A stretch of 64,000 nucleotides of DNA from Nitrosopumilus sp. (GCA_965205215.1 OZ242041.1:1824001-1888000), one strand, 5' to 3'. Shown: positions 19,643 to 30,663, numbered from the stretch's first letter. A program made the numbers and translations. The notes: generated by a model from the sequence alone, not told the origin.

Positions 19643-20713
19643 ATGAGTTCCGACGCACCGTCAGATGACGCGGCCACAAAGGTGGATGCCGCACAAAACG
19701 ACGCAGGTGACGCCAACGTCAGTGACAAGACGGGCGACGGGGACGTCGGCGGCGCGGAAGAGATGAAAGAAGACACCGCAGCGCGTGACAATGATCCCGA
19801 AGGCGAGGAAGAAACAAGCGGAGACCAGCAACCAGAAGAAGAAGAAGAAGAAGAAGAGGCAGTGCACGACCAGGACGATACAGAAAACGGCGGCGAGGAC
19901 GACAATGTTGGCGACGGCGACGGCACGCCACCTGCAAAAAAATCAAGCAACGGACTTGTCATCGGGCTGATCATAGCAGTCGGCGTGGCCGCATTTTTTG
20001 CAGGCGCGTATTCAATTAGCATGTACCAAGAGCAGCCGGATCAGCTGACGCAAGAGGATCTTGATGACGCGCTTGCCAAGCTGGAGCTAAAGATGATGCA
20101 ACAGCAGATGGCCGCACTGCAGGAGCAGCAGCAGCAGCAGCAACCGCCACCCATACGAATATCGGCCGACGACGATCCCACAATAGGTGACGCGGACGCC
20201 CCCATTACAATCATAGAATTTTCGGACTTCCAGTGTCCGTTCTGCGCCAGATTCAGCTCCCAGACCCTGCCCTCCATACAAGAGGAGTACATAGACAAGG
20301 GGCTCGTAAAGCTGGTCTACAGGGACTTTCCGCTCCAGCACATACACCCCAACGCTGCCGTCACGGCACTTGCGGCCGAGTGCGCAGACGACCAGGGCGG
20401 CTTCAAGGGCATGCACGACATCCTGTTTGAAAAGCAGGGTGAATGGAGCAGGGCAGGCCCCCAGGAAGTCATAGAACTGCTCAGCGGGTACGCGTCCGAC
20501 ACGGGAATCGACGCGGCCGAGTTTGAGGAGTGCGTAGTCATGGGCACGCACGTCGAGGACATCAGGGGCGACTTGGAGGACGGAAGGGCGTACGGCATAA
20601 CAGGCACGCCGGGATTCTTCATCGGAAACGACGACGTGGGGTACGTATCAGTCGAAGGGGCCCAGCCGTACGACGTCTTCAAGAGGGTCATAGACTCCCA
20701 GCTCGAGCGCTGA
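19643..20713 (+). CDS. Membrane-anchored DsbA-family thioredoxin-fold protein with acidic N-terminal extension
   Basis: EFSDFQCPFC, YRDFPL, GITGTPGF and GAQPY motifs; one TM segment. Confidence 0.92.
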   Translation: MSSDAPSDDAATKVDAAQNDAGDANVSDKTGDGDVGGAEEMKEDTAARDNDPEGEEETSGDQQPEEEEEEEEAVHDQDDTENGGEDDNVGDGDGTPPAKKSSNGLVIGLIIAVGVAAFFAGAYSISMYQEQPDQLTQEDLDDALAKLELKMMQQQMAALQEQQQQQQPPPIRISADDDPTIGDADAPITIIEFSDFQCPFCARFSSQTLPSIQEEYIDKGLVKLVYRDFPLQHIHPNAAVTALAAECADDQGGFKGMHDILFEKQGEWSRAGPQEVIELLSGYASDTGIDAAEFEECVVMGTHVEDIRGDLEDGRAYGITGTPGFFIGNDDVGYVSVEGAQPYDVFKRVIDSQLER

Positions 20714-20852
20714 GACGGGGAAAGGCGGAAGGAGAGAAAGCGGCAAGCGTTTATTAGACGTTCCACGCGTCCGCGAATCGGAATAATGACGGTGGGCGGT
20801 GAGCTTTCTCGTCATTGCCTGTGAGAAAAAAGAAAAGAGAAGAAAAGAAAAA

Positions 20853-22262
20853 ATGACAAAATTTAGCGAACTAGGCCTCAGCGACGACATAATCAAGGCA
20901 ATATCCGAGATGGGATTCGAGGATGCGTTTCCGATACAAGAGGCCGCCATACCCGTGCTGCTGACTGGAAGGGACGTGGTGGGCCAGGCCCACACGGGCT
21001 CCGGCAAGACGGCCGCCTTTGCGCTCTCGATGCTGCAGGAGATACGCCCCAACCGCACCATCCAGGGGCTGATCATGGCGCCCACGAGGGAGCTTGCCAT
21101 GCAGATCACCGACGAGATCAAAAAGTTTTCAAAGTATCTGGATACCCGGGTTGCCACAATATACGGCGGCCAGGGGATCGGGGTGCAGATAGACGCGCTT
21201 GAGCGCGGGGTGGAGATACTGGTCGCCACGCCGGGAAGGCTGATAGACCACCTAAAGCGCGGCACAGTCGACCTCAAGGACGTGACGCACATAGTTCTGG
21301 ACGAGGCCGACACCATGCTCGACATGGGATTCATAGACGACATACAGTTCATACTGGACTTGGCGCCGGAGGAGAGGGTCATGTCGCTGTACTCGGCCAC
21401 CATGCCGACGGAGATACTGAGGCTGTCTGAGGATTACCTGAACAACCCAAAGCAGTTCCTGCTTGACGCCGACGACTTGAGCGGCGAGGGCATAGACCAG
21501 TCGTTTCTGGTAATCAGGGACAAGGAAAAGTTCAAGCACATCATGCAGTTCATCGGGGAGACGCGCGGGCAGTGCATCATATTCTGCTCCACCAAATACA
21601 GGACGAGGGACGTGGGAAGGTACCTGCACAGGGAGAGGCTGGACGCAGTGGTGATAGAGGGCGACATGTCACAGGTAAGAAGGGAGCAGTCGATGGCAAA
21701 GTTCCGCAGCAACAAGGCAAAGATACTGGTGGCAACAGATGTGGCCTCAAGGGGCATAGACGTGCCCATGGTGGAGCTTGTGATCAACTATGACGTCCCA
21801 AACCAGGACATGACGTACTTTCACAGGATTGGCAGGACTGCGAGGGCGGGCGCGCACGGAAGGGCGATCACGCTTGTCTCGTATTCGTCATTTGACGAAT
21901 GGAATCTGATAAAGCGCCAGATCAAGGTGCCGTTAAAGGACCTCAACGAGTCGATGGGTATCAAGATCTCGATACCGGATCCGCTCAAAAGGGAGATACC
22001 CGTAAGAAGGTACGGGGGCGGCGGCGGCGGCGGCGGCAATAGAGGAGGCGGCGGCTACCGCGGAGGCCACCGCCGAGAGAGAAGGGACACGTATGATCCC
22101 AGGGACGGCGGTCGGAGAGGCGGCCGAGGCGGCGGAGGCGGCGGCGGCTATGGCGGCCGAGGCGGCGGCTATGGCGGCCGAGGCGGCGGCGGCCAGAGAA
22201 GGGATGGCGGATACCGCAAGGGAGGCGGCGGCGGCCGAAACCGGCGCGACGACAGACGCTAG
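20853..22262 (+). CDS. DEAD-box RNA helicase with RGG-rich tail
   Basis: Q motif, AHTGSGKT, PTRELA, TPGR, DEAD, SAT and HRIGRTAR. Confidence 0.97.
   Translation: MTKFSELGLSDDIIKAISEMGFEDAFPIQEAAIPVLLTGRDVVGQAHTGSGKTAAFALSMLQEIRPNRTIQGLIMAPTRELAMQITDEIKKFSKYLDTRVATIYGGQGIGVQIDALERGVEILVATPGRLIDHLKRGTVDLKDVTHIVLDEADTMLDMGFIDDIQFILDLAPEERVMSLYSATMPTEILRLSEDYLNNPKQFLLDADDLSGEGIDQSFLVIRDKEKFKHIMQFIGETRGQCIIFCSTKYRTRDVGRYLHRERLDAVVIEGDMSQVRREQSMAKFRSNKAKILVATDVASRGIDVPMVELVINYDVPNQDMTYFHRIGRTARAGAHGRAITLVSYSSFDEWNLIKRQIKVPLKDLNESMGIKISIPDPLKREIPVRRYGGGGGGGGNRGGGGYRGGHRRERRDTYDPRDGGRRGGRGGGGGGGYGGRGGGYGGRGGGGQRRDGGYRKGGGGGRNRRDDRR
22140..22181 (+). repeat. Exact 21-bp tandem repeat (2 copies) in the helicase RGG tail
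   Basis: GGCGGCGGCTATGGCGGCCGA twice, encoding GGGYGGR twice. Confidence 0.85.
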
Positions 22263-22351
22263 ACGCTGCAAGATATCCACAACCGGCCGTCGGCGAAAAC
22301 TGCGATAACACCGAAGATTTAAAGACTTTGCAGTGCAATGCATGTCACATT

Positions 22352-22579
22352 ATGCACAAGGGGTTTGTCTTGTTAAACTGCGATCTGGGTGCAGAAGAAC
22401 ACGTGCTAAAAGAGCTGCAGCAGATGGACGACATTACGAGCGCCCATCTTACGTTCGGGGCGTACGACCTGATAGTAGAGGTCCGCGCCCCCGAACGGGA
22501 GTCATTTGAGTCCGTTGTGGCAAAAATCAGGTCGCTCTCAAATGTGGTCAGTACGATGACGCTCAACGTCATGAGTTGA
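22352..22579 (+). CDS. Stand-alone Lrp/AsnC ligand-binding (RAM) domain protein
   Basis: FVLLNC, TFGAYDLIVEV and IRSL..V.STMTL pattern. Confidence 0.9.
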   Translation: MHKGFVLLNCDLGAEEHVLKELQQMDDITSAHLTFGAYDLIVEVRAPERESFESVVAKIRSLSNVVSTMTLNVMS

Positions 22580-22667
22580 CGAGAGGCGCCAGGCTACAAA
22601 GCGCGGCGCCATTGCAGGCCATACGTACGTATCAAATATAGCATGGCAGGCAGGCAGTAGACGTCAG

Positions 22668-22958
22668 TTGGATGCCATAAAGTACGAGCCTCCCGTCTGG
22701 ATACTCGACTACAACAACCCAAAACCCTTGCTTGACCATGCCGTGCACATGCTCGAGAGGCACGGTGTCAGAAGGGAGGACATGGAGATTACAGAGAACC
22801 CGACCGCGAAGATCGGCTCGATTGTGGTGGACATCTGGCCCTACGAGCTCGTGGTAAGCAGGGTGAGGAGCACCCGCAACGAGTCTTTTATCAGCGGTGC
22901 CGAGCGCACGATCGAGCTCAAGCTGGACGAGAATGGAAACTATGTTGATTACCTATGA
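22668..22958 (+). CDS. Hypothetical protein
   Basis: 96-aa ORF with host-like codon usage, TATA-like AAATATA about 28 nt upstream and an ATGA overlap with the next gene. Confidence 0.75.
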   Translation: MDAIKYEPPVWILDYNNPKPLLDHAVHMLERHGVRREDMEITENPTAKIGSIVVDIWPYELVVSRVRSTRNESFISGAERTIELKLDENGNYVDYL

Positions 22959-23719
22959 GATCCAAGGCAGACAAGAAGAGGGAGAGGAGGGAGAGGAGGG
23001 AGAAGAGAGGCAGGACCATACGCAACATAGCCATCGCGCTGGTCGCGGCCGCCGTGGTGGGGGCCGTCATATCATACAACTATTCAGCAGAGCAGACCAA
23101 GCAGAGGGGCCTCGAGTTCGGCATAAAACTACAGGGCATACAGGATGACGTAAGGGAGATACAGACAGAGTTCTACTCGGAGAAGACAAAGTGGGAGGAG
23201 GGCGACTTGGACCGCGAGGGACTGCTAGAGTTTTACGACGGCCACATAGAGAGGTTCGAGGATACCATACTCAGGTACGACGAGCTGGAACCACCTGAGA
23301 TCTTTGAGGGATCGGTAAGGCTGCTAAAGCTTTCGTCGCAGTCCCAGCTTGAGAGCGACTCGGAGTACGTCCGGTGGATAAGTGACGGGGACGATTCTGC
23401 AAGGGCCAGGTCCGACGCGCTCTTGCAGGACGCGCTAGAGTACGAGCTGCTGGGATTGGTAGAGTTTTACTCGGCAAAGACGGGCACCATAACCCGCGAC
23501 GATACGGGGGAAAAGTTTCAGGAGCCCCGCCGCGACGTGATCCAAAAGGTGGACAGCGTTGCAGAGCACATGATAGCCGAGTGCGATGAAAAGTTCGGCG
23601 GCGCTGCCACTGCGCAGGACGGGGACACGAACGTCACTACCGCATCCAAGGCGGCCGGCCCCGAGTGGATCGCCTGCGTGTCAGAGGCAGAAGAGTGGCG
23701 CCAGTCGCACATGCCGTAA
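22955..23719 (+). CDS. Hypothetical membrane-anchored helical protein
   Basis: Basic N-terminus, one TM segment and an acidic helical domain. Confidence 0.8.
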   Translation: MRSKADKKRERRERREKRGRTIRNIAIALVAAAVVGAVISYNYSAEQTKQRGLEFGIKLQGIQDDVREIQTEFYSEKTKWEEGDLDREGLLEFYDGHIERFEDTILRYDELEPPEIFEGSVRLLKLSSQSQLESDSEYVRWISDGDDSARARSDALLQDALEYELLGLVEFYSAKTGTITRDDTGEKFQEPRRDVIQKVDSVAEHMIAECDEKFGGAATAQDGDTNVTTASKAAGPEWIACVSEAEEWRQSHMP

Positions 23720-23884
23720 TCCGAGCCCTCTGCGGGGCGCGGCATCCCGAATACGAGCAGTAGACCAGTGACTTAATGTACAAGCCGGGCGGATCAGAAA
23801 TGAGAGAGGAGGAGGGTCGCAACGGACAGCAGCAACATCATCCAGGCAGGTGCCACAAACGTCAGGGCCGCGGCAGCCGTCTCC

Positions 23885-24724
23885 ATGGCCGTCATTACAA
23901 TAGCGCTCGCAGGCGGCGTGGGGGACGTAACCATGGCCGCCTCCGACGATCCGCAGCCAAATCTTTTGCAGTACGCCGCGTTTGCCCAGACCATCGAGAA
24001 CGACCGCCACTACACGGGGGATGACGGCTCGCTGCACATAGTGGGCGAGATTGTAAACGACTTGGAGGTGCCCCTGCGCGGCGCAAGCGTGCAGGCCACC
24101 ATATACGACGGGGACGGCAACGTCGTGCTGACAAGCGACGCGGACTCGCTTGTAAATATCATAATGCCCGGCATGAGGGGTCCGTTTGACATAATGCTGA
24201 AAAACGGCGGCCAGATTCCAAGGGAGATGGCGGCCGGACGGGGCGACGGCGCATCCCACCTCCCGTATACGCTCAAGCTCGACTATGACTTTGCAGACCC
24301 AAAGAGGCAGGTCATAGACGTGACAGGATCCGAGATTACAAGAGACAGGCATAAAAATTTGATCATAACGGGAACCGTTGCAAACGGGGGGGAGATCACT
24401 GCAAACATGATATCCATCGTGGCCACCATATACGACGACGCCGGCAGCGTCGCGGCCGTCACAAGGGTGCACACGGAGCCGGACTATCTGAGGGCCGGCG
24501 AGAGCGCGTTCTTTGTGGTGTCGGTGCCGGACAAGGAGCACACGGCGGATGCGGCGAGGTACCACCTGGTAGCAGAGTCCGAGGAGTATGCGGCGGTGCC
24601 AGAGTTTCCGATAGGGACTGTCTTGCTGCTGGCAGGCACGTTCTCGGCGTATGTGGCCGCCACGAGGCTTGCATCGTCGCGCCTTCCTATGACAGGCCTG
24701 ATTGCATCAGCAAATCCAAGGTAG
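23885..24724 (+). CDS. Surface protein with two FxLYD-like domains and a PEF-CTERM-type sorting signal
   Basis: Repeated GEIVN...ATIYDGDG and GTVAN...ATIYDDAG units; C-terminal VPEFP followed by a TM segment and Arg residues. Confidence 0.8.
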   Translation: MAVITIALAGGVGDVTMAASDDPQPNLLQYAAFAQTIENDRHYTGDDGSLHIVGEIVNDLEVPLRGASVQATIYDGDGNVVLTSDADSLVNIIMPGMRGPFDIMLKNGGQIPREMAAGRGDGASHLPYTLKLDYDFADPKRQVIDVTGSEITRDRHKNLIITGTVANGGEITANMISIVATIYDDAGSVAAVTRVHTEPDYLRAGESAFFVVSVPDKEHTADAARYHLVAESEEYAAVPEFPIGTVLLLAGTFSAYVAATRLASSRLPMTGLIASANPR

Positions 24725-25190
24725 GCCTGATTCCCTCGGCCAGCGAGTCCGCCCCAAGCGGCAGCGGCTTGTGGAACTTTATCGGAAAAGTGACGGTGAG
24801 CATGTCCTGGTCGGTGTGCGATATCCGGATCGCGTGCCTATCAAGGCAGTCCACCTTTGCAAGAAAGTCGCGCCACTTGCCAATATGCTCGTTGACGCGC
24901 AGCACGTTCTGCTGCACCACGTCTATGTGGGCCTCAAGGTCCGTGTCAAAGAGTCCGAACTTTACCATGGGCACCATGACGATGCCGCCTGTAACCACGT
25001 CATGATTCTTGAGCATCGACTCGATTATCTCGTCACGTCTTTCGGGAGGGTACGGCTCCCCGTAGTCGGGGTCAAAGTATCCCATGACCATCTTTTTAGA
25101 GTCATATATGCGAAAAAAGTCCTCGTCAAGCTCAAGCCTCCATTTGACAGAAGGGGGCGGCGGCGGAGACCCGGACAGGGAGAGGGGCAC
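24687..25190 (-). CDS. Hypothetical protein
   Basis: Globular-looking ORF (WRLELDEDFFRIYD...GYFDPDYG). GTG start chosen from the TATA position. Confidence 0.7.
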   Translation of the reverse strand: MPLSLSGSPPPPPSVKWRLELDEDFFRIYDSKKMVMGYFDPDYGEPYPPERRDEIIESMLKNHDVVTGGIVMVPMVKFGLFDTDLEAHIDVVQQNVLRVNEHIGKWRDFLAKVDCLDRHAIRISHTDQDMLTVTFPIKFHKPLPLGADSLAEGIRPTLDLLMQSGLS

Positions 25191-25333
25191 ATGCCGCGTC
25201 TTGCAGCTGCGCAAAATAAATCATGACGCCCAGCTCATGCCATGCGCGGGCCGCATGCGGAACCGGCGGCGGAAAGCCACTGCTGCAGCGCCCCATGCAA
25301 ACAGCTAAATATCAATCTCAAAGGCCGTACTGC

Positions 25334-25780
25334 GTGGCGATATCAAGCGAGAACATAAAGTTCATCGAGAGCCTGATGGATTATTACACCAACGAGGCCG
25401 GTTCTTACAGGCAGATTGCAGAGCAGTTCAAGCCAGAGATAGAATCGGTTCCGGATGCCGCGTTCGGGATCATAGCAGGCTGCATATACACAAGCTTTCT
25501 GGAGGCGTGCAGAAACCAGCAGGTGCAGCCGGGGCTCGAGGACATGACTGAGTTTAACCAGATTCTAAAGAGGAGGGCGGCCACAATCAAAAAGGCAATC
25601 GTGGACCCGGCGTCAGCTGAGGAGGCGACGGCGGCCACAGCGGAGGCGGCAGGCAGTCCTGCAGACGCAGGCGGCAAAGATGGCGGTACCGCGCAGAGGC
25701 AGGCAGGCAGGACGGAGCCAGGCGGCGGCAAATCCCCTCCCGCTGCAGGCGGCTCCGCCACCAGGCCGCCCACGCCGTAA
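25334..25780 (+). CDS. Hypothetical protein
   Basis: GTG start about 25 nt after CTAAATAT; helical core plus a low-complexity tail. Confidence 0.7.
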   Translation: MAISSENIKFIESLMDYYTNEAGSYRQIAEQFKPEIESVPDAAFGIIAGCIYTSFLEACRNQQVQPGLEDMTEFNQILKRRAATIKKAIVDPASAEEATAATAEAAGSPADAGGKDGGTAQRQAGRTEPGGGKSPPAAGGSATRPPTP

Positions 25781-26108
25781 CGCCCGTATCGAAACCCGCG
25801 TGACTGTATCCCAAGGCGCATGACGGAGGGGGGGGGGTGACTCCAGCCAAGCACCGCAGGACGCCAGACTGAATCCAGCAGCTTGCCAGCGCGGACACGA
25901 GCAGCATCACGAAAGACGCGCGCGCCACCGATGCCGCCACCCTCAGGCAACAGTTTAATTCCAAACCTCCCCGAGCCTGCACATGAAACTGGAGGGCGGC
26001 CGAATAATATTCGTCATGGGGGTGGCAGGGGCGGTCGCCACGGCCGCCATCGCGCTCTACTTTTCGCTGATGCGTTAGAGATAAATCACAACGCCCCGGC
26101 CGCTGCAC

Positions 26109-26429
26109 ATGACAGCAGAGAATGCGTTCAGGATAACCCAGATCGTGGACAACGGCAAGATAATCCAACTGACGCTGGTCGAGAACGTCTCGACGGAGCC
26201 CATAACCCAAAAACAGATGATAATGGAGAACGTCTCAAAGACCCTGGATGACGACACCAAGGAGCACGTGATGCCGCTGTTGACTGCGATACTGCAGGCC
26301 CAGCCGACCGTAAAGATAAAGTCGTATCAGCAGACCCAGATCACCATTGCCATGCCCACATCCAGATACGACTCGATGGGCCGTCCCAGGGTCGGCGACA
26401 TAATGGAGCTAGACCTCAGAAGGGTCTAG
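26109..26429 (+). CDS. Hypothetical protein
   Basis: 106-aa ORF with a TATA-like element near 26081. Confidence 0.75.
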   Translation: MTAENAFRITQIVDNGKIIQLTLVENVSTEPITQKQMIMENVSKTLDDDTKEHVMPLLTAILQAQPTVKIKSYQQTQITIAMPTSRYDSMGRPRVGDIMELDLRRV

Positions 26430-28520
26430 TCCGAGGGCTTCCCGGAGCCGGTCCGCATCGTGTATGGGCAGCGAGCATACAGAGTCCTTGCACACGTACG
26501 CGCTTGCCCGTCCTTCGTCAAACGCCTTGCCGGCAAAAAACGGGTACGCCAGGACGCCGTCAAGCTGCTCCCGGCTCCTGATCTCGACCACAATCGAGTC
26601 GGGCAGGTATGAGGAGAGCACCATCCTGCACATGCCGGGGTCGGCAGGCGTGTTCAGCAGCGTGATCTCGCGTGATCCTGCAAGCATCGTAGACATTACG
26701 TTGAGCATGTACCCGAACGCAAACGGGTTCTCGGCGCACGCGGGAGCCTGGGAGCGGACGGACGCGCTGCACGCATCAAGGAACGGGCGCTCCCCAGTCA
26801 GGTGGTACAGCCGCAGCAGGACGTGCACTGCGACGGAGTTTCCGGACGGCATGGAGAGGTCGTACCTGCTCTGCGGCCTGATTATCAGGCTCTCGTGCAT
26901 GCGTCCCGTCATGAAAAAGCCCGACGTCTCCTCGTCCCAGAACTCCGAGAGGATCACGCGGCCCATCCGTACAGCGGACTCCAGGTATTCCGCGTCGGGT
27001 TCGGCCTCAAAGACGTCCAAAAGCGCGCATGCGAGGTACGCGTAATCCTCCAGGTATCCGTCTATCCGGGCCCTGCCGTCTTTGTACGTGCGCAGCAGCC
27101 TGCCGTCGCAGAACATCTCGGACTGGACAAAGGACAGGCACCTCTTTGCCGCGTCAAGGTACGCCGAATCACCGGACACGCGGTATCCCTTTGCAAGGGC
27201 GGAGACGAACAGCGCGTTCCATGATACCAGAATCTTCTGGTCAAGTCCCGGGGGCACGCGGCCCGCGCGGCGCGCAGCCAAGAGCGCTGCGGCGGACCTC
27301 TCCAGGGACGCCCGCGCGTCACCCTCAGGTACACCCACCTTGAACGCGGCAGTCGACAGCGCTATGTTGTTGCACAGGATGGTGCTGCCCTCCCAGTTGC
27401 CGCCGTCCGTCACGTCATAATACAGGCAGAAGAGATCCGCGTCGCGCGTGCCGGCCCCGAGAACCTCCAGAACCTCGCGCTTGGTCCACGTATAGTACCT
27501 GCCCTCCACGCCCTCAGAGTCAGCGTCGTATGCAGAGTAAAAGCCGCCCAGGGGCGAGGTCATCTCCCGCAGCACAAAGTCAAGCGTCTTTTTCATGACG
27601 TCGAGATAGAACTCCTTCTTGGTCAGCTGGTACGCCTCGGCGTAATTGACCGGAATGAGCGCGTTGTCATACAGCATCTTTTCAAAATGGGGGACGAGCC
27701 AGCGGGCGTCGGTGGAGTACCGGTGGAATCCGCCCCCGATCTGGTCGAATATCCCCCCGCGCGCCATTCTGTCAAGCGTCTTTAGCGCGAACTTTGCAAA
27801 TGACTCATGGCCGGTCGACGCGGCATACCTGAACAGGAACGAGACGCATGCGGCGTTTGGAAACTTCGGCGCCGAGCCGAACCCCCCGTGCGTGTAGTCA
27901 CCGTTGTTGTACAGGTTGACGGCGGCCTCGTCCATCGTTGACTCGTCAAAGCCCAGTCTGCCCCGGCGCGTGTCGGACTCCGGCGCGCGCAGTGCGGCCC
28001 CCGACAGGGGGGCGCCATCCGCCTTTGAGAGAGCGCGCACAAAGTCGTCGGCGCGCGAGTCGACGTCGCCCTGCCTCTCGGCCCAGGACTGCGCAAGCTG
28101 CCTGCAGACGCTCCCAAACCCGGGCCTTCCGTGCGAGTCGAGCGGCGGGTAGTACGTCCCGACGTGGAACGGCTTCTGGTCGGGGGTCAGAAAGACGCTC
28201 AGCGGCCAGCCGCCCTGCCCCGTCGCCATCTGGCACGCCTTTTGGTAAATGTCGTCGATGTCAGGGCGCTCCTCCCTGTCCACCTTTATGTTTACAAAGT
28301 TCGAGTTCATAAATGACGCAACATCCTCGTTCTCAAACGACTCGTGGGCCATCACGTGGCACCAGTGGCACGAGCTGTACCCGACGCTCAGGAATATCGG
28401 CTTGTTCTCGTTTCTGGCCCTGTCGAGGGCCTCGCTGCCCCACGGATACCAGTCGACGGGGTTTTCTGCATGCTGCAGAAGGTACGGGCTGGTCTCCCCT
28501 GCAAGCCGGTTCTTGGGCAT
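26409..28520 (-). CDS. Thioredoxin-domain/six-hairpin protein (YyaL/SSP411, DUF255 family)
   Basis: [38 protein letters not shown] and [10 protein letters not shown] motifs. Confidence 0.95.
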   Translation of the reverse strand: MPKNRLAGETSPYLLQHAENPVDWYPWGSEALDRARNENKPIFLSVGYSSCHWCHVMAHESFENEDVASFMNSNFVNIKVDREERPDIDDIYQKACQMATGQGGWPLSVFLTPDQKPFHVGTYYPPLDSHGRPGFGSVCRQLAQSWAERQGDVDSRADDFVRALSKADGAPLSGAALRAPESDTRRGRLGFDESTMDEAAVNLYNNGDYTHGGFGSAPKFPNAACVSFLFRYAASTGHESFAKFALKTLDRMARGGIFDQIGGGFHRYSTDARWLVPHFEKMLYDNALIPVNYAEAYQLTKKEFYLDVMKKTLDFVLREMTSPLGGFYSAYDADSEGVEGRYYTWTKREVLEVLGAGTRDADLFCLYYDVTDGGNWEGSTILCNNIALSTAAFKVGVPEGDARASLERSAAALLAARRAGRVPPGLDQKILVSWNALFVSALAKGYRVSGDSAYLDAAKRCLSFVQSEMFCDGRLLRTYKDGRARIDGYLEDYAYLACALLDVFEAEPDAEYLESAVRMGRVILSEFWDEETSGFFMTGRMHESLIIRPQSRYDLSMPSGNSVAVHVLLRLYHLTGERPFLDACSASVRSQAPACAENPFAFGYMLNVMSTMLAGSREITLLNTPADPGMCRMVLSSYLPDSIVVEIRSREQLDGVLAYPFFAGKAFDEGRASAYVCKDSVCSLPIHDADRLREALGLDPSEV

Positions 28521-28729
28521 ATACGTGACGGAATGGCGTTCCTATTTGTATGGATCCGCGCATCGCACGGTGCCCGGGCCCGGTGTGCCGTCCTTTGCAA
28601 GCGATGCCAAACACGCGCCGCGCGCACATGCAGAGCAGCGGTCGCCGCGCGTCCAACAAGAACCGCGCACGGGCGGCGGGCGGTGTGCCGTGCAATGTTC
28701 TTTAAATTGGGCGCGGGCCGGCCTACCGC

Positions 28730-29074
28730 ATGCCGGCAGGAGGCCCCGTGAGCGTCAGAAGGCAGTGCATATACGCGGCCATCCCCGTTCTGGACATATA
28801 CTCGGCATATCACATAAGGAAGCTCAGGCGATACCTGCTTGTCATACTGTGCACAGTCCTGATCCCCCAAGTTGCAGTCGAGTTTGCGTTGTTTGACAGC
28901 ATGCTGGAAATTCAAGAGGCGTACACCGCCTTTTTGTATCCAGAGTCAGAGCATTTTGCACAGAGCATCTACGTCATGCTGTGGACTGCAGGCAGTATCG
29001 CATGGTCAGTCGTGCTCATCAGGCGGTGGTCAATGCAATGGAACGCCGGCAGGCCGTGGGATCACCACGCGTGA
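28730..29074 (+). CDS. Hypothetical membrane protein
   Basis: Hydrophobic segments and a C-terminal RRWSxxWN; TTTAAATT about 25 nt upstream. Confidence 0.65.
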   Translation: MPAGGPVSVRRQCIYAAIPVLDIYSAYHIRKLRRYLLVILCTVLIPQVAVEFALFDSMLEIQEAYTAFLYPESEHFAQSIYVMLWTAGSIAWSVVLIRRWSMQWNAGRPWDHHA

Positions 29075-29525
29075 GAACTGCGCGGATTCAGACACGCGGC
29101 ACGTGGGGACAGCAGCCCGTACGGCGACGGCCCGCGAACGCGTATCTGATGAAGCGCCCGATACAACAGATGTCAGACGTGGCCGCCAAGGCAGAATGCG
29201 AGGCGTTTGTCACAGAAAGCCCAAGCGCGGCCTAGGCGCACTCTGCCGGTCCGGGGTGCGGCCGCCCGTTGCCGTCGTTGATTACACAGATTCCCCTTTG
29301 GTATGAACCCGCGAGGTGGCGTCCGTCGCCACCGCTTTGATCCTGTTGTTGCTGTCCAAGACCCCTGCCACGCATATTCGGCCAAGGTGCATACGGTGTG
29401 CAAACTCGCGGGCAGGGCTGCGGGCGTACGCGCTCAGCCGCCGTCAGACGGCCTCCGGCTAACCATTAACGCACGATTATCCACTACTGCTACCACCACC
29501 ACCATCACCATCACGACGATGGAGA

Positions 29526-29882
29526 TTATGATGATGATGATGAGGGGGATGATAACGTACCAAGTGCACCATCGATCATGTTCTTGTAGGTTGCCTTTGG
29601 CGCCGAGCCGACGTGCTGTGCCGCGATACTGCCCTTGCCAAAGATGAGGAGCGTCGGTGTGCTGTGCACTTCATACTGAGATGCCAGATCTTCACTCTTG
29701 TCTATGTCTACATCTACAAACTTGACCCTTCCGACATAGTCCTCGGAGAGCTCTTCCACTGTCTGTTTTATCATGTGGCAGTGTCCGCACCACTCTGCAT
29801 GAAATTTCACAAGCACGAGAATGTCCGACTGCAGCACCTCGGATTCCCACGCGCCCTTGTCTTTGACCGACATGGTGCCCAT
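29526..29882 (-). CDS. trxA: Thioredoxin (WCGHC active site)
   Basis: FHAEWCGHC, VDVDID and VHSTPTL (cis-Pro loop); poly-Ser tail. Confidence 0.92.
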   Translation of the reverse strand: MGTMSVKDKGAWESEVLQSDILVLVKFHAEWCGHCHMIKQTVEELSEDYVGRVKFVDVDIDKSEDLASQYEVHSTPTLLIFGKGSIAAQHVGSAPKATYKNMIDGALGTLSSPSSSSS

Positions 29883-30426
29883 ACGCCATTGAGAGATAGA
29901 TTGTTTAAAAAATCTTATCTAAAGAGATCTCGCCAAGAATGTGCAAAAAGAGTACGCGTGATCTCATCCTTGACCTTTGGGTGTCGCCGCGGCCCGTCGC
30001 CGCTTTGCGGCGGCCGTGTAGGTTTGGATGCGCAGCGTCGAATTAGGGGATCCGGCGGGGGCGGCGCAGCATGATGGCGGCGGTGGCGGTGACAGGGACG
30101 GCATGGCGGTGGTGGCGGTTGCACGGTAATCGGAGGATATTGACGTGATGGCGGTTGGCCTGCTGGGGAAACGGTTCTGGCCGCAGTGCGCCGACGCGAT
30201 GCCGATTCCGGCCTCTCCCCTGCCGGGATCCCTCCGTTGAGCCACCGCGCGGGCGCCACAGAAAGCCGCGGCATGTGACGTGGGGTTGGGTGGCGCCGGT
30301 CTGCCGGTAGGTTCGGCGCGCAGACAGCGGACGCACCATTCACGACGGCCACGGGATCCGCGGCGTCAGTTTGGTTGGCAGCGGCAGGCGCTGCGCATAC
30401 GGCAGGACCCGCTTGGTGTGGGCCTG

Positions 30427-30663
30427 CTACCTGTCCCATATGCCCTTGCCCTCTGTCAGCTCGTATATCCGGACGTTTATCTTCTTGAGCAGCGCGGCCT
30501 TGGACTTTGCGGACTTTTTGTCGTTTGAATAGTCCTTGCGCTCTATCATGCCCTGCAGCCGGACAAGCTCGTCAAGCGAAAGCCGGTTAAAGCCGTCCTT
30601 TGACTGCGCTATGACGTTGAGCAACCTGACGCGCTCCCTGTCCTCGTCTGCTATCTTCGGCAC
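30427..30663 (-). CDS. Small basic hypothetical protein
   Basis: 78-aa helical ORF divergent from the ADH gene, with TTTAAG about 25 nt upstream. Confidence 0.75.
   Translation of the reverse strand: MPKIADEDRERVRLLNVIAQSKDGFNRLSLDELVRLQGMIERKDYSNDKKSAKSKAALLKKINVRIYELTEGKGIWDR

Noticed and set aside
30160-30290. Possible RNase P RNA (GCCACAGAAA-like and GGGGAAAC segments)
   Set aside because: No GAGGAAA(G/C)TCC P4 strand and no matching 3' P4 strand could be found.
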